Below, piece by piece: positions 25,447 through 39,150 of a stretch of 64,000 nt of DNA. Source of the stretch: Octopus sinensis (Eukaryota); the NCBI RefSeq assembly GCF_006345805.1, contig NC_043006.1, positions 38,626,001 to 38,690,000 of the forward strand, in the 5' to 3' direction. A program made the translations under genes and the position numbers. Numbering within the stretch: the stretch's first letter is position 1; every line of letters starts with the position of its first letter. The notes under the pieces were generated by a model. The model saw only the letters and a program-made list of their open reading frames with translations. It was not told the origin of the DNA and made no database searches.

Positions 25447-26302
25447 GTATATGTTTATATATTTTACTTATATGCATCTCCCTGTAACTTGAGTGACCCC
25501 TGTCCCATCACATCTTCCCCATCTTCTCTCCCCTCTGTCTCCTGTCTCTCTCTGCTCCTCAGATAATAACGTGTCACCTTTATTTCAAGACAACTTATTT
25601 TTGTCCCTCTACTCGTAGTCTAGCCTCTCATCACCTGGCACAAAGCCACCTCATTCAACACTACTGTCCCCGTCTCAGTTCAAAGATCATGTCTTGTAAG
25701 TTATTTGGTGGCTCCACTACTGCTGGTCCCACATAAAATCACCTGGAAGATTTGGTAAACCGGTTGGCATTAAGAAGGATATTTTGTCAAAGAAATTGTG
25801 CCAAAGTAGATATTAGAGCTTTGCACAATCTTCTGACTGGCCAGCTCTGGTCAAACTGTCCAACCCTTGTTAGGCATTTTGTTATGTGGCACCAGCATAG
25901 GTAGTTTTTATGTGGCACTGGCACACACCCACATATATGTGCTTGAGAAGACATGTCAGGTTAATTAAAAGCATGTTTGTCCTTGCATACAGACATGTCA
26001 CCAACGTCCCTCTTTTGCTGAGTATTCCTAACCTTGTTGGCTTGTGGGTACTGGTGACATGTGAAAAAACCCGTACTACTGCCATGTCAAAGCTCCTGCA
26101 CCAATGCTGTGTGGAAGCACCCAGTATACTCGGTGAAGGTGTTGGCATTAGGAAGGACACCCACCTGTAGAAACCATGCCAAAACAGACATGGACTCTGG
26201 GCATCTCACCAGCTAGCCAATTCCTCTCAAACCATCAAATCCATGCCAGCATGAAAAATTGACATTAAATGATGATGATGATGCTGATGATACATATATA
26301 AT

Positions 26303-26464
26303 GCAGGAGTAGCTATGTGGTAAGTAGCTTGCTTCCAAACCACATGGTTCTGGTTTCAGTCCCACGGCGTAGCACCTTGAGCAAGTGTCTTCTATTATAG
26401 CATTGGGCTGACCAAAGCCTTGTGAGTGGATTTGGTAGATGGAAAATGAAAGAAGCCCATCGTG

Positions 26465-26511
<47 letters not shown>

Positions 26512-26720
26512 ATGTATGTATGTATATGTTTGTCCCCCCAATATCACTTGACAACCAATGCTGGTGCATTTATATCCCAGTAACTTAGCAGTTCGGCAAA
26601 GAGACCGATAGAATAAGTTCAAGGCTTACAAAGAATAAGTCCTGGCGTCGATTTGCTCGACTAAAAGGTGGTGCTCCTACACGGCCGCAATCAAATGACT
26701 GAAACAAGTGAAAGAGTAAA
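26303..26720 (+). mobile_element. Full-length copy of the abundant SINE
   Basis: Same consensus. Confidence 0.85.
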
Positions 26721-29544
26721 AGAATATATATATATATCGTAATATATGTATAGGTAGGTTTGTAGGTATGTGTAAGATTTTCTCTGTAATTGTCCAAAAC
26801 AAATGAAGACATGAAATTCCTGTTAAAAATGGTAAATTATCATCAGCATAATTTGTTGGTTTGTGATAATTGCACACCATTATTTGGACACCATGGCACT
26901 TACACATAATTTCCAGGTTGCTTCTGCTCTATGCTAGACAGCAGGCCTAACATGGAATAGTTTAGACAATGACAAAAATAAAACAAAATAAAATAAAATA
27001 AAAATAAAATAAAATGGAATAGAATGAAAATGTGTTCATAGAAATGAGTTTTAGTAGAATTTATAAATGCCAGAATTAAGAATGTGATTGTAATTGATCT
27101 TGCAGATCAATTCCATAGATTCCATGTAAAATTAAGATTTATAAACACGAAAGCTCTTAATAGGATGTTCTGAGACTTTTCTCTGAGATTTATTAGTGAA
27201 AGATATATAAAATTAAGATCTGGAATTTCATTGGATAACATGTATAAGTGTAGGCATGGCTGTGGGGGTTAAGAAGCTTGTGTGGCAACTGCTTGACCTA
27301 GGGTTCGGTTTTATTACAAGGTACCTTGGACAAGTGTCTTCTACTATAGCTTTGGCTTAACCAATGTCTTGCGAGTAAATTTGGTAGATGAAAACTGTGC
27401 AGAAGCTTGTTGCACATGTGTGTGTGTCTTTGTTTTCCCCCCACCCCACCCCAGGACTTGACAACTGGTGTTGGTTCCTTTATGTCCCAGTGACTTAGCA
27501 GTTAGGAAAAAAGATATTGATGGAATAAGTACGAGTACCAAACTCAGAATTATGTATCGGTCGCGGTCCGGTAACTGAAACAAACAAAAACAAAAAAAAA
27601 ACATATGCCGGTGGCATGTAAAAAGACAACCACTACACTCTCGGAGTGGTTGGCATTAGGAAAGGCATTCAGCCATAGAAACTTTGCCAAATCAGATTGG
27701 GACCTGGCGTAGCTCTTTGGCTTACCAGTTTTCAATCAAACCGTCCAACCCATGCCAGCATGGAAAGTGAACGTTAAACAACGATGATGATGAATTTAAA
27801 AGAAAACTAAAGGAAAAAGATAGGTGGAGAATGGCAAGTTTTAGATAATTTTGTGTTTCAGTTAGAAATAAGAATCCTGGCAAGAGTTGGAATTTATTAT
27901 TTGAAAGTTTGTTGAAAATATAAATGCTGGTGAAAATACGATTGATTGATTTTGATTTGGATGAGTACGAAACAAGACTTTCAGCATCTTTGTCTTGACT
28001 ATTTTCCAGAAAACTGAGACGTCTGTAATAGAGAGCGAAGCAAATGGTTTTACTCATATATCACGCAAACCGAAGAACTATTTCAAGATCGCTGCTATAT
28101 TAATTAGTATGGTGGTTTATTAGACTTGGTGTTAGGAAATAAGATTCTATTTAAAATATGGATGGGTGCAGATTATACATCTCTGAATGAACAGGCCTAA
28201 GATCAAAGACATTCCAGCTGTGATCATCCAGTCTTTTCTTTTACTTAGATTACATTATTCAGTATGTCCTTCTGCTTTTGAAAGAAATTTAGCTGATATT
28301 TCTAAGAAATCAGGCAACCATATCATATCAGCTCATAAAGTAAATGTGTGTGTGTATAGATGTATATGCACACATGGACATATGGCCTGTTGGGTTAGTG
28401 TGTTGCACTCACAATCGCTAAACCATGGCTTTAATTCCCAGACCAGGTGGCACATTATGTTCTTGAGCGAAACACTTCATTTTATGTTGTTCTGCAGATT
28501 GGACAGTGGCAGAATCGTGAGTGCATTAACAGAAATGCTTTATCATATATCTTCCAGTCCTCTACATTCTGAGTTCAAATCCCACCTGCCTGGAGAAGGA
28601 AATGGGAAACCCCTCTAACATTCATTCCAAATCTATTCTTGGTAGCTGAATTTCCAGTGATCTCCTTCAGGTTGGTAGGGGAGTGTACGGGCCTTCCCAG
28701 GTCTTACAGAGAGTGCTGGAGAAGGTCCACACATACAGGACCTGTCCAAGGACAGATCACTATTAGATTAGATATATTATTATCATCATCATTTAACATC
28801 TTTTTTCCCTACTGGCATGGGTTGGACGGTTTGACCAGAGCTAGCCAGGTGGAAAGCAATCCTGCATTATATATGTATCATAAAAGTAAATGATTTTTTT
28901 TCTCTTTGCTGATGGTGAGCAGGGCAGACATTCATTAAAGAATGGCTGATTAGAAGACATTTATAAAGTAAAGCAATAATATTTATTCAATGAATTTGAT
29001 GAAGGATCAGACAATGATTATTATAATCAAAGGAATCGAGGACAGGCTAAAGATTGTGCTGAGCAAAGGGAATTGGGAAAGAAACTCTCTTACCTAAAAA
29101 CACGTATATTTGCACACATGCATGTGCGTGCACACACACACACACACATATTTGTCTCTCTTTCTCTCTCTCTCATACACACACACACGTTTGCACACAT
29201 ACACACGTTTGCACACATACACACACATGCATACACACATTCACACACACAACATACAAATCAAATAAGATTTCCTTTGAGAAAATTTCCTCTTTGAGAC
29301 ACGAGTCTAATTTTGTGCTGGATGATATATTTGGAGAGGAATCGCAGAAGGCCATATTGATAAAATATTGGAGAACTATCAAATGTGAATGGTTTGTTTC
29401 CTGCCAATCATACTACAAAGATATATCAGTAAATACTAATACGTTTAGCAGACTAATTCCAGTCAACCTTGCTATATCAGAAGAAAAAGAAGAATTCCAC
29501 ACAATACGCAGCAACATGATTGGAACATTGGCTGATTATTATAG

Positions 29545-29948
29545 TCATAGTAGCTGTGTGGTAAGTAGTATGCTTACCAACCACATTGGGGTTCAGTCCC
29601 ACTGCGTGTGTGTGTGTATTTGTTTGGGTGTCTGTGTTTGTCCCCCCACCATCGCTTGTCAACCGATGTTGGTGTGTTTATGTCCCCGTAACTTAGTGGT
29701 TCGACAAAAGAGGCCGATGGAATAAGTACTAGGCTTACAAAGAATAAGTCCTGGGGTCAATTTCTTTGACTGAAGGTGGTGCTTTAGTATGGCTGGGCAC
29801 AGGAGTGGCTATGTGGTAAGTAGCTTGCTTATCAACCACATGGTTCCGGGTTCAGTCTCACTGCATGGCACCTTGGGCAAGTGAACCTTGGGTCTGACCA
29901 AAGCCTTGTGAGTGGATTTGGTAGATAGAAATTAAAAAAAGCCTGTCG

Positions 29949-29979
<31 letters not shown>

Positions 29980-30190
29980 GTTTGTGTGTCTGCTTTAGTC
30001 CCCCACCACCATCACTTGACAACTGATGCTGGTGTGTTTATGTCCCTGTAACTTAGTGGTTTGGCAAAAGAAACCGATAGAATAAGCATTAGGCTTACGA
30101 AGAATATGTCCTGGGGTCGATTTACTCAACTAAAAGCAGTGCTCCAACGTGGTCACAGTCAAATGGCTGAAACAAGTGAAAGAATAAAAT
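29545..30190 (+). mobile_element. Two head-to-tail copies of the abundant SINE
   Basis: First copy is internally deleted (29545-29785); second is full length (29797-30190). Confidence 0.85.
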
Positions 30191-31573
30191 AATGTTGGTT
30201 TACAGCACTGTGTTAAACTCTTGTAGCAATTACACTAAGAATTATGGTGTCCCACTTGCTTCAAATATACATAAATGTCCCACAACAGCAGTCATGATCT
30301 TTTTGACTCTCCTGTGTGAGAATCAAGGAATCATTTTTGATTTTCTGCAATATTTGAAGAAGGCATCAGCTGTTTGTTATTGAGATTTTAAACAAAGGAA
30401 ATGATACAGAATCCTTCTGGGGATTTTACGGCCTCATAAAAACGGTACAGGAAAACAAGGTTTAGCTTTATACACAGAAGCACTGAGCAGATGTAAGATG
30501 AATCAGTGCACAGGCGGTTTGTCGATATATATCATGCATAATATTCCACAGAAGGCACTGAGTGTCTAATTCTCAACAGGGTGAACTGAGGCAGCAATAC
30601 GTGACATTAAATGATTTGCCGAGTGACAGAATGAAATACTGACAGTGGAATATTAGCAATTACCTCCATAGATTATTCTGTCAACCACTTTTCTTGGTGA
30701 TATAGAACAAAAAGGTGTAAAAATACATGCAAAAGTGGAAAGGAAATAAAACAAAAAAAGAAAAGAAAACGAAAATAGAAACAGCAAATGAAATAACGTG
30801 TATGAGTCTGTCGACAATCACACATGTTTTTGATAATCCACGACTGGAAACAACAATGGAAGGAATTTCAGTTTTAGTCATCAGCAAATTGTGCAGTTCA
30901 AACACAGAGTAGACCAAATACATAAAAGAATTCTTTTCTAGTGATTGTTGTTATTGTTATTGATGTTGCAATGGGGCTTGGTGGTGTGGCAAGGGAGTCG
31001 ATTTAGTAATGAAGAAAGAAAGCTTCATTGTCGGTTGTATCCAGGTTAAAGAGTTTACTTTGGAAGACAGAAACGCTTCTGATGGGATTGAAGAAAAATT
31101 TTTCAATTTGGAAACAATTTGAAGTGAAAGGAAATGATTAAAACAAATACAAGAAAATAAAGGGAATAGAACGAAATTAAATAAATAAAAATAGATAAAT
31201 AGAACAGGGAAATAGAATCAGAGAAAAAGCAATAATGCATGGAAAACTCTAAGGACCAGCTGTCACTTGCTAAATTTGTTACTGGGCAACCTCTTGTAAT
31301 GGGATGATTCAAAAGGCCAGCGCACGGATAAAAATATTCATCGGTCAAAGTGATGAGGAACAAATGAAAGAATATCAATAATATGAAAATAAATATATAT
31401 ATATATAATATATGTATGCATGTATATATGTATACATATATATGTGTGTGTGCGTGTGTGCATATATATATGTATGTGTGTGTGTGTTGTGTGTGTGTGT
31501 GTATATGTATGCATGTATGTATATATATGTGTGTGTGTGTGTACATATATATATATATATGTGTGTATGCATG

Positions 31574-31604
<31 letters not shown>

Positions 31605-32289
31605 ACATATATGCATATATACATTTATATACACATATATCTTTTGTATATACTATATATGAATATCTATATATATGCCTGTATATGTGCATGTATATAT
31701 ATATATATATATGTATATGCTTATATACATGTATATATATATACATGTATATATAAATATACATATGAATATATACACGTATATCCTCATCATTGCCATC
31801 ATCACCATCATCACCATCATCATTTAATATCTGTTTTCCATTATGGCTTGGGTTGGATGGTTTGACAGGAACCAGAAAGCCAGAGAGCTGCACCAGGTTT
31901 CAGTTGTTTGCTTTGGTATGGTTTCCAAGGCTGGATGCTGCCTTTCCTAATGCTAACCACTTTATAGAGTGTACTGGGTGCTTTTATCAGGACACCAACA
32001 GCAGTAAGGCCACCAGGTAACTTGCAGGATAAGACCCCTCCGCTCAACTGGCGGTGGTGGGGGGAAGTAATACAGAGGGACAAAAGAATGGTGTCTTGTG
32101 TTGTAAGAGAAACACAGCTACCTCAGATGGAGAAGAGAGTGAGAGGGGAGAAAAACGACATAAATATGACCAGGAGAGGTCAGGATGCTAACACCCAAGT
32201 TACAGGGAAGTACATATAAATCTTTAGTTAAATATATTCAATGAGAATATTATATACTGAATTTTTATTGAGTGCTCTATGTATTTAAA

Positions 32290-33220
32290 CCTCCTTGTCG
32301 AAATAAAACTCTGGAAGAAAACCAAAACTTTCAGATAGGGACCAACAGACTCTTACGTGAATTGTTAGAAAGGATCACAAAAGTACAACTCCCAAAATTA
32401 CTGCAGAGCTTAATGACCACCTCAAGAATCTAGTTTCCACAAAACCTGTTTGCTGGAAGTTGCACAAAGCCAGATTTCACGGGAGGGCTGCAATCAGAAA
32501 CCACTATTTTCAAAAACAAATGTTGCAAAGCATTTTAAGTGAAGTAAAAACCTACAGAATTGGTCTCTAGAGCAGTGGAAGAATGTTATTTTCTCGGATG
32601 AGTCATCCTTTACCTTATTTCCAACCAGCGGCCGAGTATGTGTGTGGCGACACCCAAAAGAAGCATTTGACCCAGACGACCTTCTTCCAACTGTTGAACA
32701 TGGAGGCAGATTTGTGATGATCTGGGGGCTATATCTTGGAAATCTGCCAGCCTAATGGTTTCCCTTCATGGCAGAATTAATAGTCAAGACTATTTAAGCA
32801 TTTTATGTGATCAAATTCATCCTATGTTTGCGGAACTGTTTCCAGAGAGAAACGCAATCTTTCAGGATGATAATGCACCAAGTCACACAGCTAAAGTTGT
32901 TACTGAATGGCACGTGTAACATTATAGTGAAGTTGAACATCTTATCTGGCCACCACAGTCCCCAGATCTCAATATTATTGATCATTTATGGTGCATGTTA
33001 TAAAAATAAGTAAGGAGTCGATATCCTCCACCATCATCACGTCAAGAACTGGAGACTGTTTTAGCTGAAGAATGGACAAAAATTCCTTTGGAAACAATTC
33101 AAACTTTGTAGGAGTTCCTTACTTTATAGAATTCAAGCTGTAATTACTGCCAAATGCAGTCCTATCCCATATCAAAATAAACTTGTTTGAAATTTTAAGG
33201 TGTTTCCATTATTTTGTCCA
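32290..33220 (+). mobile_element. 5'-truncated Tc1-like transposase remnant with 36-residue catalytic spacing
   Basis: SGRKPKLSDRD..., WKNVIFSDESSF, FQDDNAPSH...WPPQSPDLNIIDHLW. A TIR-like 3' end (gtgtttccattattttgtcc) is cut by a microsatellite. Confidence 0.85.
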
Positions 33221-34132
33221 TATATACATACATATACATACAGACCCACATATACATATACATACACACACACATGTATGTATGTATGCACACACACACA
33301 TGCACACACACACAGAATCAAGACTCTTTTGTATGATATTTTCATAGCAAGGTTTGCCTCGAATAATCAATAAATAAAATAGAGCAATGCTGAGATGCTT
33401 TATATCAATTGCAAGCCATGTAACTCGCATCTTAACGCAATCTGCCCTTCTTTGCTCTGGGCTCAATAACCTTTTTAGCAAACAGTCTTATCCGAAACAG
33501 GTTTGATTGACAAAGAGCTTATACAGTCAGTAGTTTTAAGTAAGCAAATATTTAGCCTCAATTATGAAAGCCTATGGATATGTAACCTGCTTAGGAGAAA
33601 ACACACAACCACACATGGATGTAGAACTCGAATTTGGAATTAGATGTATACACACGAATATAAGTGCATGGTTATGACAAAATATACATCTTGAATGATG
33701 TGCAAACTGGATTTAATTACATGGATATATAATCTTGTAGTATAATTATATATCAGGTTAACTGTTTTTTTTATCTTTTATTATGTATTCTTTACTTGTT
33801 TTAGTTATTAGATTGTGGTCATGCTGGAGCACTGCCTCAAGGAGTTTTAGTTGAATGAATTGACCCCAGGGCTTTTTTTAAAGCATGGTTCTCATTCTAT
33901 AAGTTGCTTTTGCTGAACTGCTAAATTACAGGGGTGTAACCACACCAACACCGGTTGACTCATACACTGTACACTTTCCTGACTTTTGTACACAATTCTA
34001 TGTGCTGCACACATACATCTTTGATACGTTGTAGTGCACCTGAGCCCTGGCCACAATAATTTCATTATTATTATTATTTTAAACATATTTAAACATAGAC
34101 ACAAAATGCATACACACACACACACAGACATA

Positions 34133-34260
34133 CAGTAATGTCTCGATATATGAGTTAATTTGTTCCCGGAAACATCTCATGAAGTGAAAACTCATAAAGC
34201 AGAGCAGTAGCAATGTTATAAATCGTAATTCGTTCTCAAAAAGATATTTTACCCATAAAA
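34133..34260 (+). mobile_element. Possible Tigger/pogo-like terminal fragment
   Basis: TA|CAGTAATGTCTCGATATATGAG resembles a Tigger-type TIR; no partner TIR found. Confidence 0.35.
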
Positions 34261-37200
34261 TTTATAATACATGTAAATAAATTGCAATAAAACAACAGTG
34301 AAATGTAAAGAATAGTTTATGTAAAGTAAAAAGAATGTCAAGATCATTTATAGTAAAAAATATTATTAAGATAAGCGTTTTCTGAATCACGTTCACTCGC
34401 ATTAGACTCGTGCACATCACCACTTGTAGACTCAATCACCAATTCACAAGCACTCGAAGACGGACTTATAGATTTCTTTTTAAAAAAACAAGTCTAGAAT
34501 TATTTGCTTAGAAGAAGCTTTCTTTTGCTCCATAAATTTCTTGGTAACACACAGAAGCATTTGTTATGGTAACAGAAGCTTCTGCACTTCATTTAAAATT
34601 TGAACCTTGTACTTGAAAAATAAAACTCATAAACCTGGGTCCTTGCAAAGGAAGGTATTGCTGTATATATACAAAGGAAGCATGAAAAAAAGGAACCTGT
34701 GCTGGTGGCATATAATAGGCACCCAGTACACTCTGTAGAGTGGTTGGCATTAGGAAGGGCATCCAGCCATAGAAACCTTGCCAAAACTGACAACTGGAAC
34801 CTGGTGCAACCCTCCACTTTACCAGCTCCAGTCAAACTGATGTTGAATGATGATGATGAAAGGCTTCTTTCAGTTTCTGCCTACCAGATCCTCTCACAGT
34901 CCTTTGGACAGCCAAGAGTTATAATAGAAGACATTTGTGGGACTGAACCCAGAACCATGTGGTTGGGAAGCAAACTTTTTACCTCACAGCCATGCCTGCA
35001 TCTATGTATGTATAAAGATGTATTTATACATACAGGTGTGCATGCAAGAATATACACCTGCAGAACACAGACATGTATATGAATCCTCATCATCATCATC
35101 ATCATCATCATCATTTAAGGTCTGTTTTCCATGCTAGCATGGGTTGGACGGGAAGGAAGCTGCACCAGGCTCCAGTCTGATCTGGCAGTGTTTCTACAGC
35201 TGGATGCCCTTCCTAATGCCAACCACTGTAGTGTAGTGGGTGCTTTTTATGTGCCACCAGCACAGGGGCCAGCAATGTCTGCAATCAGTTGGTGCTTCTT
35301 ATGTGCCACCAGCACAGATGCCAATCAAGGTAGTGCTGGCATTGGCCATGTTCGGATGGTATTTTTTACGTGCCACCTTACGGTTATCACAACTACAATT
35401 TCCATTTTATTTTTATTTTGAATATTGATGTACGTGACTCAATAGGTCTCCATATATCATTATTTAACATCCTCTTTTCCATGCTGGTATGGGTCAGATG
35501 GAGTTTCTTGAGACAGAGATTTTACAGCCAGGATGCCTTTGCTGTCACCAAACCCCCTTGTTAACAAGCAAGATATTTACCCATGGACAAGCATGATTTT
35601 TGACAGATGACTTGCTAAGGATTCTGCCAGCTCACCACTGTACATGACCATCATCATCATCATTATCATAATAATCTTTATTACAATAGGCAGAAGGCCT
35701 GAAATTTGTAGGAAGGGGGATAGTCAATCTTACTGACCCCAGTACTATCAAGGCTGAAAGGTAAAGTTGACCTCAGTGGAATTTGAACTCAGAATGTAAA
35801 ATTGGATGAAATGCCACCAAGTATTTTAATTGGTGTGTTAATGATTCTGCCAGTTTGTCACCTTATAATAATCCTTTCTTTTGGAGGGGTTAATTCGATT
35901 CTATCGACCCCAGTCTTTCACTGGTACTTAATTTATTGTCCCCAAAAGGATGAAAGGCAAAGTCGACCTCAGCAGAATTTGAACTCAGAATGTAAAGATG
36001 GACAAAATGCCTAAAAAGAGGGCCGACATGCAAAATATACTGTCACATGATAGTAACATGCAGATGTAGCAGGCAATGTACAAAAGGTTACAAACTTAAT
36101 CATGTGTTCATTCTCTACAAACACTTGACAGTAACATTCAGAGCATTGATTGTTTGGACTTGTTCAGTCAACCATGTCAGCCTTAACTTATGACGCCAAA
36201 CATTGTCACTTGATACTAACACATGGATGTAGTGGGAAACCTACAAAAATTTATAAGACCAGTCATGTGACTAGCCACTACCAAACAAATTCTATTCAAA
36301 ACATATACTAATTTGAGTCATGAACTCCCTATAAAAATAGGGGCAAGTTTCAAACACTATTCAGAAGCAAGACAGCTACAATATAAGCCATGTCTCTCTA
36401 TTTGAACTTTTTGAAAATCAGAATTAAGTGTGAAACCGGTTAAAGCTTTTTAATAAAAAATATTTTAACTATCCTCAGTGCATTTTCAGTTTCTATTTTA
36501 CTTTATATATATATATATATATATATATGAATGTATTTATATATATGGATATAAAAATGTGTAAAACTTTCCAGAAGTTTACCATTTAAGTATGTATATA
36601 TGCACATGTCTATATGCAACTATATGCACGAGAATGCATGCATAAAACAAAACACAAATGTGGTCATGCACTGACTCCAGATGCTCCACATATTCATACA
36701 TCATCATCATCATCATTATTTAATGCCTCCCATCCTGGCATGAGTTAGACAGTTTGACAAGAGCTGGCCAGGAAGGAGACTGAACCATACTTGAAAACAG
36801 ACTGTTGGTGAAATTCCAATGAAGGAGTCATGGATCTTGGTTAGAAACCGTTTCTTTCTCTCTTGGCAAGAAATCTTGAATTTAAACTGGATAATAACAT
36901 GCATTCAAAGATATTTTTTGTTGATGGCCATAATTATATTCTGGTAGTCTGAACAACATCAAAACACAATTAGTAAAGTCGCAACATTCCCATGACACAT
37001 AGGAATGGAATTTCGGCAAGATAAATGGGAGATCCACTTATGGGAAACCCAACTTGTGGGGCTTTATAACCCATCTTATAAGAGATCCAATTTATAGGAG
37101 ACTCAGCTTCATATATATATATATATATTTAATGGGGTGGTTTCCTGAAACACTTCTGGGAAATAAATTGCGTCTTGACTGCCATCAAAGCCGGCAATGA

Positions 37201-37687
37201 ATACTTCCAACATGTCTCCCTCTTGCACTGAAAAACCTACCCTTGTTTAATGACTCAACTAATTTGCACCTTTAAAAACACTCATCTGACAAAACCTTTT
37301 GCAGTCTGCCATGCGTGTTTTAGCTGTTAGGTAATGAATGAAAGATCAATAATGCTACCGGTTACCATGCCCCCCACCACCACCACCATTTACACTCCCA
37401 GTGGATGTGGGGATTATGAAGGAAGGTTCTGGAAGAATTGATGTGTTAGGTGTGCATGCATTTATGTGCAAAGGCTTGTGTGTGATGCATGTATCTATAT
37501 TAGCATATTCTTGTCTGCATGTGTGTGCTTGCTAGTGCATTTGCATAAATGCCTGTGCTTATAAATATACATATATATATGTACCATATATATATATATG
37601 TATATGCATATATATATATATGTATAGCATATATATATATATAGATATATATATATATATATATATATGCATATATATATATTATGC

Positions 37688-37722
<35 letters not shown>

Positions 37723-38490
37723 ACTAAGCAATAAAGGTTTAGCAACGAATTGCCTTACCACATACCATATATATATATAGCATATATATATATGTGTGTG
37801 TGTGTGTGTATGTGTATATATATATATTATATGCATATATATGTATGTACATATATATCTGTGTATATATATATATATATGATGATGATATATATATATG
37901 TATGTATATATATATATGTGTGTGTGTGTGTGTATATATATATGTGTGTGTCTGTATGTGCATGCATGTATTGCATGCACCTTAAAAAAAGTAACTAACT
38001 AACTAAATGTAAATTAAGAAACATTCATACACACACAAACCCAAACACACACACGTGCACGCGTGCACATACACCATTCTGCCAAAGCTGATTTCTGAAT
38101 CACCTGATTGAAATCAATCAATAGCTCTGTATATAAGCAAACTTCAAAAAGCCACAATGCCAGTTCGTTGAGGATCAGGTGAAAAAAAAACTCTAACTAC
38201 TGATTAATGCAGTGAGTGACTCAGCCTTAAAGAAAATTATTCTGTTCTAATTAAAAGTATTGAGTAGGTTTTCTGATTAATTATTGGCTCAGGTTAATGA
38301 TAAACCACAATCTACTACACGCATATTGCTGGGTAATTAAAAATTGGAATCAGCTTGAGACCATAAATGGTTTCAAGATTGGTCTCATTGAGTGGTTCTT
38401 TTGGATTTCTACTGTGGTTCCTCAACCGAGCAATGTTTTGTGAGGAAATTAGGTCCCCTGAAACTATAAAAAAACATATCGTGCAAGCTG

Positions 38491-38574
<84 letters not shown>

Positions 38575-38598
38575 AGTTTGGAGATGATGTACAGGTAT

Positions 38599-38885
38599 TA
38601 TATATTAGAAGAAATGAGGTAATCAGAAGATCGGATGGTTTGTATTTACAGATATTTATTTATATATTACATTTTTTATATATATATCATATCACTTAGA
38701 TCATTAGCGCTTTCTCCCATTCTAGTGGGGTTTTCAAATCAAACTGTTTGATTTAAAAAAAACCCACTAGAATGGGAGAAAGCGCTAATGATCTAAGTGA
38801 TATGATATATAAAAAATGTAATATATAAATAAATATCTGTAAATACAAACCATCCGATCTTCTGATTACCTCATTTCTTCTAATA

Positions 38886-38889
<4 letters not shown>
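38599..38889. repeat. Near-perfect 291-bp palindrome with essentially no spacer
   Basis: Arms pair around aaac-t-gttt at 38745. They differ only by a 4-nt AT indel and a small change in the gggtttt tract. Confidence 0.95.
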
Positions 38890-38917
<28 letters not shown>

Positions 38918-39150
38918 CACCATCATCATCATGATCATCGTTTAACGTCTGTTTTCCATGCTGGCATGGGTCAGACGGTTTGACTGGGGGTCTGGGAAGC
39001 CAGGTGGCTGCACCAGGCTCCAATCTGATCTGGCAGTGTTTCTACAGCTGGATGCCCATCCTAACGCCAACCACTCCAAGAGTTGCACAGAGGCCACAGG
39101 AGCTGGCATCGATATATATATATATATGTATGTGTGTGTGTATATATATA

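Noticed and set aside
26901-26945. 43-nt candidate exon ending at gtaagt, phase-compatible with 19309
   Set aside because: The join would omit about 12 conserved LamG residues, and the acceptor is weak.
29294-29725. 143-aa plus-strand ORF
   Set aside because: The 3' half is SINE sequence and the 5' half has no recognisable motif.
37140-37230. Minus-strand frame QEGDMLEVFIAGFDGSQDAIYFPE after an acceptor-like site
   Set aside because: No good donor and no recognisable homology.
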